The translations under genes and the position numbers were made by a program. DNA of 64,000 nucleotides. Origin: Candidatus Micrarchaeota archaeon. Lineage in GTDB: Archaea; Micrarchaeota; Micrarchaeia; Norongarragalinales; Norongarragalinaceae. The notes under the pieces are model-generated. The model searched no databases. It saw nothing but the letters and a program-made list of their open reading frames with translations, and had not been told where the DNA came from. The DNA is taken from positions 9,794 through 73,793 of the forward strand of contig JBBIMI010000002.1 in assembly GCA_037444485.1 (NCBI GenBank), in the 5' to 3' direction. Shown here in pieces: positions 58,406 to 64,000 of the stretch. The stretch's first letter is position 1. Each line of letters starts with the position of its first letter.

Positions 58406-58783
58406 TCAATATCCAGTTTTCTTCTCGCGCGGCGTCACCTTCACTGCCTTCTTTTCTTTCGAACCCGAATTCGATGCTGCCCGCCGAAATCCGCCAACCC
58501 CGCCCGCTTTTATTTTCGGAGCACTCGTCTCAAACACTTTCAAGAATTTAAAGTACTCCAAAAGCGGGGGAGCCCACCCCGCAACGCTGAAAAACGCGTA
58601 AAACAAAATGCTTGAACCCAATGCGAGAACTAAAGCAGGAAAAATCGAAAGAATAGAAAGCGCGTCGAATGAAGAATTCAACAAAACCCAATACGTCAAG
58701 AAAAAAAGCGCGAATGAAAAAAAGAAAAACTCGCGCGTTATCGGAAAATTCGAATTGTTTTCCTCGAACACTCGCAAAACCAT
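58406..58783 (-). CDS. Hypothetical membrane protein
   Basis: Two hydrophobic segments and a basic tail. Confidence 0.55.
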   Translation of the reverse strand: MVLRVFEENNSNFPITREFFFFSFALFFLTYWVLLNSSFDALSILSIFPALVLALGSSILFYAFFSVAGWAPPLLEYFKFLKVFETSAPKIKAGGVGGFRRAASNSGSKEKKAVKVTPREKKTGY

Positions 58784-58849
58784 TTTCGAACAACCGAAAA
58801 ACGCGGGAGGGAAAAAGCGAAAACCGCAGTCCGCTTGTTTTTCTTCAAC

Positions 58850-59152
58850 TTAACCGAACAAGCTAGCTAGACCCGCTGCTGCTTCAGCCTCCTTCTCGGC
58901 TTCACTTACTTCCTCTTTCTTTTCTTCTTTTTTCGCTTCGCCAGCCGCCGGCGCTACAGCGCCTGCAGCAGGAGTGAAGGCAGCTTGCTTTATTGCTTCA
59001 TCAATGTTTACTCCATCGAGCGAAACAACTAGTGCCTTTATTTTCGTATCGTCTTCACTTAATCCAGCCGCGGTCAAGACTTTCTTAACATTTTCTTCAG
59101 TAATAGGTTGACCAGCGCTGTGAAGCAACAAAGCCGCGTAAACATCTTTCAT
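58850..59152 (-). CDS. rpl12: Ribosomal stalk protein P1 (aL12)
   Basis: [10 protein letters not shown], acidic tail, GLASLFG. Confidence 0.96.
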   Translation of the reverse strand: MKDVYAALLLHSAGQPITEENVKKVLTAAGLSEDDTKIKALVVSLDGVNIDEAIKQAAFTPAAGAVAPAAGEAKKEEKKEEVSEAEKEAEAAAGLASLFG

Positions 59153-59232
59153 TCTTCAATCCACCTCACTCTAAAACAAACGATTTTTGTGTTTAATTTT
59201 GTGTTTAAACGTTAATAAAAAGCTTTCAAAAA

Positions 59233-60132
59233 TCACGCTTGCGAAGGCGCTTCACTTGAAGGCGTGGCTTCGGTGCGCGCTTCTTCCCGCACTTCCGTCT
59301 GCGCTTCTACTTGTGATTCTGTTACTGGCGCTTGCGTTTGCGGCGGCTTTTCTTCAACTGCCTGCTTGCCGGTTTTCTCTCTTATTTTCGCTTCCAACGC
59401 GAGCGCTTCGCGCACTGCTTTCATCAAAATCAAGGGCGTGCTTTGCTCGTTATAGATTTCCGCGAATACGCTTAAATTCAACGCGTTTCGCGCGCCTTGC
59501 ACTAGATTCGCAAAAACCTGCGCTTCATCGATGTCGAGAACGCTGGCTTCGTAGAGAACTCCGTGGTCCCAAACTGCTTTCACGTCAACCCCAATTTCGA
59601 AAGGTTCTATGCCTAGTTTTGCGAGAATCTTCGCCGCCGCTTCGCTGATTTTTTCGCCTTTCTTCGCGACTGTCGCGTCTCGCGAAATTACGACTTTAGC
59701 GCCTTGGATTTTCGCGTCTATTTTCGCTTGCTTTAGTTCCGTAAGCACTGGCCCGGGCGTGAGGTTCGTTTCGCCTGCTGGCACAATCAAGTCGGTGGGC
59801 GCGATTACGCCTGGCTTCGCCGGCGCTTTGCTTTTGTTTTGCTTGAATAGTTTGTAAAGAGCGAAGGCGTCCAACTCGCTCGTGACTAGTGTTCCGCCAT
59901 TGCAAAAGAATTTTTCGAGTTCCTTTGCTTCAGGTTTCGCTGTCTCTAGCGCGCGCTTGAGAAGCGTGTGGCGCGCGAATATGATGTTAGCTTTTCCAGC
60001 GATTTTCTTTTTGATTGCGTTGTATTTGCGTGCTGGAAGCCCAGCGTTCGAGGCTACTGCTATAATTGAGTGATTCTTTAATTCTGCCTCGATTTTCTTG
60101 ACGCTGTCAATCTTTTTTTGTTTTGAAATCAT
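59233..60132 (-). CDS. rplP0: Ribosomal protein L10/P0
   Basis: APAKPG.IAP.D, PGPVLTEL, LAKLGIEP. Confidence 0.95.
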   Translation of the reverse strand: MISKQKKIDSVKKIEAELKNHSIIAVASNAGLPARKYNAIKKKIAGKANIIFARHTLLKRALETAKPEAKELEKFFCNGGTLVTSELDAFALYKLFKQNKSKAPAKPGVIAPTDLIVPAGETNLTPGPVLTELKQAKIDAKIQGAKVVISRDATVAKKGEKISEAAAKILAKLGIEPFEIGVDVKAVWDHGVLYEASVLDIDEAQVFANLVQGARNALNLSVFAEIYNEQSTPLILMKAVREALALEAKIREKTGKQAVEEKPPQTQAPVTESQVEAQTEVREEARTEATPSSEAPSQA

Positions 60133-60144
60133 GCAGAACACACT

Positions 60145-60792
60145 CTATCTGGGAGTTATTTTGACGGGCTTGCCCATCGTGGTCTTGATGAAAACGCTTT
60201 CGAGTTGTTGTTCGTTGAAGTGTTTTAATAATGCTTCAAGAATCGCCATAATGTTGTCCGCAATAGCGTTCGCGTCCATCGCTTCACTGCCTACAATGCA
60301 GTGCACGCAAGGCAAGAACTTTCCCTTCGGTTTTAGAGTGATGGTGCGCCGCGTTGCTTCAACTAGCGCGTGCAAGTCAGCGTTCGGCGGAATCGGTTTT
60401 GGAAGCGTGCCGCGTGTTGCCAACACTTGACCCAATTGTTTGCCGACGACCGCCATCAGTTGTGGGGCAGCGAGAGTCGCGTACTTCACGATTTCTTTTT
60501 GTTTTTTCTTGTCTGCAGCGTAATCCGCGATTTCAGCTCCCGAAATCACGAGGTCGGCTCCTGCTTTCTTTGCGTCTAAAGCAAGCTGGCCGTCCGCGAA
60601 AACAGCGACTTTAATTTGCTTTGGCGCGTTCGGAAGCGTTAGTGAAATGTTGAAGCGGTTTTCAGCTTTCTTGAAGTCAACGTCGTTGAAGTTGATTGCT
60701 AAGTCAACGCTTTGCGTGAACTTGCGTTTACCTTTGCCTTCTGCTAACACTTTCTGCACTGCTTCCAAAACGCTTTTCTTGTCCAACGCCAT
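60145..60792 (-). CDS. rpl1: 50S ribosomal protein L1
   Basis: RKFTQSVDLAIN, LGQVLATRG, KTTMGKP. Confidence 0.95.
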   Translation of the reverse strand: MALDKKSVLEAVQKVLAEGKGKRKFTQSVDLAINFNDVDFKKAENRFNISLTLPNAPKQIKVAVFADGQLALDAKKAGADLVISGAEIADYAADKKKQKEIVKYATLAAPQLMAVVGKQLGQVLATRGTLPKPIPPNADLHALVEATRRTITLKPKGKFLPCVHCIVGSEAMDANAIADNIMAILEALLKHFNEQQLESVFIKTTMGKPVKITPR

Positions 60793-61007
60793 CCGCGATT
60801 CACTTTAAAAACCTAAAAATTAGTTTTTCCGAAAGCGCTTTCCACGATTCCGCAAAAATAGGCGGGATGAAAGACTTCGTTAAAGCGAGAATCCCTCCTG
60901 CAAAAAGCGGCAGTCACTAACGGGAAAACTAGCGAATATTATTGTGGAAAAAGAGTTTAAAATGCTTTCGCTTCAAAATGCTTTCGCTTCGCATGGCACG
61001 ACGCTGG

Positions 61008-61262
61008 TTAGGAGGGAGCTGCAGGCGGCTCTTCACTCCCGCTTTCTTTTGGTGGCAACGGCGGGAGTTCTTCGCCGGGCAGTTCTGAAACAGTTGGCGG
61101 TTGAAAAACAGTTGGAGACTGTGAAAGCGAAGGCGAAGGCAACGGGCTCGCAGTTCCAGTTGAACCAGCTGAATTTAAGTTCAAGCAACCGGCGAACAAG
61201 AACGCTGCAGTCAAAAAGATTGAAAACGTTGAAAACGTTGAAACTAGTTTTTTCACCATCAA
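61008..61262 (-). CDS. Small Ser/Pro-rich putative lipoprotein
   Basis: Lipobox LFAGC after a hydrophobic stretch. Confidence 0.6.
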   Translation of the reverse strand: MMVKKLVSTFSTFSIFLTAAFLFAGCLNLNSAGSTGTASPLPSPSLSQSPTVFQPPTVSELPGEELPPLPPKESGSEEPPAAPS

Positions 61263-61301
61263 ACAAACCTCTTTGCTTTTTTCTTGCTTGTTTTCAGCGT
61301 T

Positions 61302-62684
61302 TCACTGAGGAGGCACTGGCGGTAACGATCCTCCGAGCACGCACTCGCTCGCGACCTTGACGAAGTAACCTTCGCCTGGCTCAAGCACGCTTGCTTTCTC
61401 GTACTTTTTCGCAAGCGTGTTGTAACGCCAAGGCCCGCTTAAAACAACGCAATCGGTTTCAATGCTCGAAAATTCAGTTGGCTCAAAAAACGCTCCAATC
61501 TGGTTCCAGCCAGGCTGCAGGGTAAAGGCACCAAAGTTTTTATACATCGCAGACAATTCAACTTTACACTCTTCACTTGTTTTAACCCAAAAACCGCCGG
61601 TGCCAAGTATCTTTCCGCCCGCAGTCAACTCGCCGTAAGAAACATACCTGCCGTTTTCGTAATGCCATAATTTTGTCGGCGAGCAAGTCGTGGAGGTTAT
61701 TATGGCACCTGGAGAGAAAGCTGGAAGTTCTTCAGCTGGTATTATCGTACTTACCGGCGTCGAAACCATGTTCCAACCCTCTTCTAAAGTCAACTTAAAA
61801 GTTTCTTTTCCTTGTTTTTCAGGCGGTTTTGGTGGTGTTGTAGTCTTGTGTTTCAAGCAAGGGTCTACAATGTAATACACTTCGTGAAGCTCACCGTTCA
61901 CGCAGCTGGACTTCAAGTAACTGAAACCATCAGGACACTGCGCGTAAACGTCGTTGCTGCAAGGCACCGTCGTCGCAGTAGGCACTGGTGTTATCGTTGG
62001 CGTCGCTGACACGACCTTGAATCCAACGTTCGCGTAAGCAGTCTGCCCGATTCCAGCGAATGCTACGAGCAAGTGAGTCAAAACGCCGTTCGTCACGTCT
62101 TCAATCTCCTGCGTTTGGCCAGCTAACCCGCGCTGCAAAATGAATTGCTTCACGAGGTTGCCTGAAGAATCGTACACCCTAAAAGTTGCTTGCGGGAAAT
62201 AAGTGTTGGTTGGAAAACCACTAATATCGTAAAGCATTACGCGCAGTCCAGGAAAGGAAGCTTCACCACCAATTGGCATGAATTCTTTGTACTGCGTCCA
62301 ACTGCGCACGTAAACGTCAGCGTAAGCAGTCTGCCCGATTCCAGCGAAAACGTTTATTAAATCTATCGAAAAATTGTATCGCGTAGCATAGTAAGCACCG
62401 CAGAATTGTTGAGTGCACGGCACCAACGTTATTGTTTCAACCAAGCCGCTTGAGTCGAATACTTTGAAAACCGCTTGCAAAAGCATAGTGTTATTAGTTT
62501 TGTTAAAAGAGCCTGAAACGTCGCTTAAAACGATTTTATAACCGTTGTCAGTCTGAACGCATTGACCGAGTTCTAAAACCTTGGTGTGTCCTTCAGAAAA
62601 ACACTCGTCGTCTGCTTTCGTTAAAGGCAATGCGAATAACAACGCCATAGAGAAAACCAACAAGGCCAGTTTACTCAATTTCAC
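61302..62684 (-). CDS. Secreted surface protein with two beta-rich repeats, Pro/Thr linker and duplicated GWN domain
   Basis: Signal peptide; FAGIGQTAYA x2; LEEGWNMV / LQPGWNQI. Confidence 0.75.
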   Translation of the reverse strand: MKLSKLALLVFSMALLFALPLTKADDECFSEGHTKVLELGQCVQTDNGYKIVLSDVSGSFNKTNNTMLLQAVFKVFDSSGLVETITLVPCTQQFCGAYYATRYNFSIDLINVFAGIGQTAYADVYVRSWTQYKEFMPIGGEASFPGLRVMLYDISGFPTNTYFPQATFRVYDSSGNLVKQFILQRGLAGQTQEIEDVTNGVLTHLLVAFAGIGQTAYANVGFKVVSATPTITPVPTATTVPCSNDVYAQCPDGFSYLKSSCVNGELHEVYYIVDPCLKHKTTTPPKPPEKQGKETFKLTLEEGWNMVSTPVSTIIPAEELPAFSPGAIITSTTCSPTKLWHYENGRYVSYGELTAGGKILGTGGFWVKTSEECKVELSAMYKNFGAFTLQPGWNQIGAFFEPTEFSSIETDCVVLSGPWRYNTLAKKYEKASVLEPGEGYFVKVASECVLGGSLPPVPPQ

Positions 62685-62853
62685 ACCACCTCTTCAACAA
62701 AGTTTTTAAAACAATTTTTCATTATTAAAATGTTTGGTTTTTGAATTTTCATTATTTAAATGTTTGGTTTTTGAATGTTTTGGTTTTTTCTCACTCAACT
62801 TCTTTTTTCGCTTATTTAATTTTCGTTTTTTTATCTTGATTCAACAACGAATG

Positions 62854-64000
62854 TTATTCAGCGTTTTGCTCCGGCAACGGCGGAATGTCTCGTGATTCTC
62901 CTAGTTCGCAAGCGTTTTCTACTTTCAGTAAGTACGCTTTTCCGGGCTCAAACAACTGCGTTTTCTCGTACTTGCGTTCAACCGCGTTGTAATACCAAGG
63001 CCCGCTTGCAAGCGTGCAGTCTCCTTTTACTTCGTTAAACGCGGTTGGGTTGAAGGGACCGCCAATGAGGTTCCAGCCAGCCTGCAACTGTAGTCCTTCC
63101 AAAACGATTTTCGTCAAACCCTTTACAGTAATCGAACACTCGCCGCCCGCGTTCTTGAACCAATAACCTATTAGTGGCTGAATGAATGCGCGCCCATCCA
63201 CGAATCCCTGCACCTTCTCATACTTTTTTACTGCGGTCTTGTACACGTAAAGCGGTCCGTCTTTACACGTGGTCGTAGCAGCTCCAATTACGGGGACTGG
63301 TAAAACAATTTGAGTGGCCGGCGGGCTTTCTTGCGAAGGTGTTGCTTGCGTTTTCACGCTCACGGTTGTTGCAGCTTGCGTTACTGCTGGTTTCACGCTC
63401 GCGGTTGCCGCTGGCTTGGACTCGATTTGCGTTGCTTTAGTTTGCGTTACTTTGGGCACTCTTGATTCTGTTGAGACTTCTGTTAAGACAAATGGGGTTG
63501 AGGTTGAAAATGGGGTTGAAAACATGTTCCAGCCAGAATAAATTGGAATAGTTAATTCAAGTTGTTCCTGCGGTGGTTGCGGTGGTTGCGGCGGTTGTTC
63601 TGGGGTTCCAGACTTTACTGTAACCTCTATTTCCTTCATTGAAGCGTCAACAACTCGGTTGAACGAGATTGACGCGCGAATGCCGTCAAGCTCGATTTCT
63701 TTAGTTTCGCCAGGAATCAACTCGAGTTCTTTTGCTGGGGTGCACGGGAATCCGACCATTGCTAGACAAATGTGGCTTACTAAGAAAGTCGCGAGTAATG
63801 GAGGGCATGGAGCGCGAACGCAAACTATTTCCTTGATCTTTGCGTCAACGTAAGTGAAGAACAAGCCGTTCGTAGTCTTCGCTTGTTCACCAATCTTCAA
63901 AACATAGGTTCCGTCACCATACTGTTTTGGTGATTGGTTTGCGTTAACGATAGCGAATTGCGAGTTGCTTTCGTCAGTCGAACCACCGGGAAGCACTTCA
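62854..64000 (-). CDS. Secreted surface protein paralog (5' end outside the window)
   Basis: Frame open to the window end; CVRAPC, IYSGWNMF / LQAGWNLI; C-terminal domain alignable to 61302-62684. Confidence 0.75.
   Translation of the reverse strand, partial: EVLPGGSTDESNSQFAIVNANQSPKQYGDGTYVLKIGEQAKTTNGLFFTYVDAKIKEIVCVRAPCPPLLATFLVSHICLAMVGFPCTPAKELELIPGETKEIELDGIRASISFNRVVDASMKEIEVTVKSGTPEQPPQPPQPPQEQLELTIPIYSGWNMFSTPFSTSTPFVLTEVSTESRVPKVTQTKATQIESKPAATASVKPAVTQAATTVSVKTQATPSQESPPATQIVLPVPVIGAATTTCKDGPLYVYKTAVKKYEKVQGFVDGRAFIQPLIGYWFKNAGGECSITVKGLTKIVLEGLQLQAGWNLIGGPFNPTAFNEVKGDCTLASGPWYYNAVERKYEKTQLFEPGKAYLLKVENACELGESRDIPPLPEQNAE

Noticed and set aside
81..63853. Numerous antisense and alternate-frame ORFs in the track
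   Set aside because: They shadow well-supported genes and lack recognisable motifs

Overview
Core chromosomal segment of a DPANN archaeon, most likely Micrarchaeota. This is inferred from a three-unit epsilon2-type tRNA splicing endonuclease with an ARMAN-type GTYK loop, a class I LysRS and the archaeal operon content. Most genes are informational: an RNase P RNA-Rpp30-Pop5-PsmA-Sdo1-exosome-L37ae superoperon; Hel308; a t6A cluster (Sua5, Kae1, Bud32); eIF2gamma-Adk-PIN-RpoE-Spt4-S24e-S27ae; ArgRS; L30e-NusA-S12-S7-EF2; LysRS; EndA; Alba; Lsm; MCM; L1-P0-P1. There are also several secreted or membrane proteins. Seven tRNA genes are present. Four of them carry five introns, three at non-canonical positions (18/19, 20/21, 42/43). 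No CRISPR array, integrase, intact transposase or intein was seen. The best leads are: (i) a ~250-nt strongly base-paired non-coding element between the divergent kae1 and bud32 genes; (ii) a ~113-nt three-way-junction RNA candidate back-to-back with RNase P RNA; (iii) an apparently circularly permuted beta-carbonic-anhydrase-like protein between two tRNAs; (iv) an A18/G55 elbow covariation in both tRNA-Ala genes; (v) pervasive short duplications concentrated at gene starts and stops; (vi) heavy TTG use and probable CTG/ATA start codons. All RNA pairings were derived by eye and all family calls by motif recognition; no searches were run.
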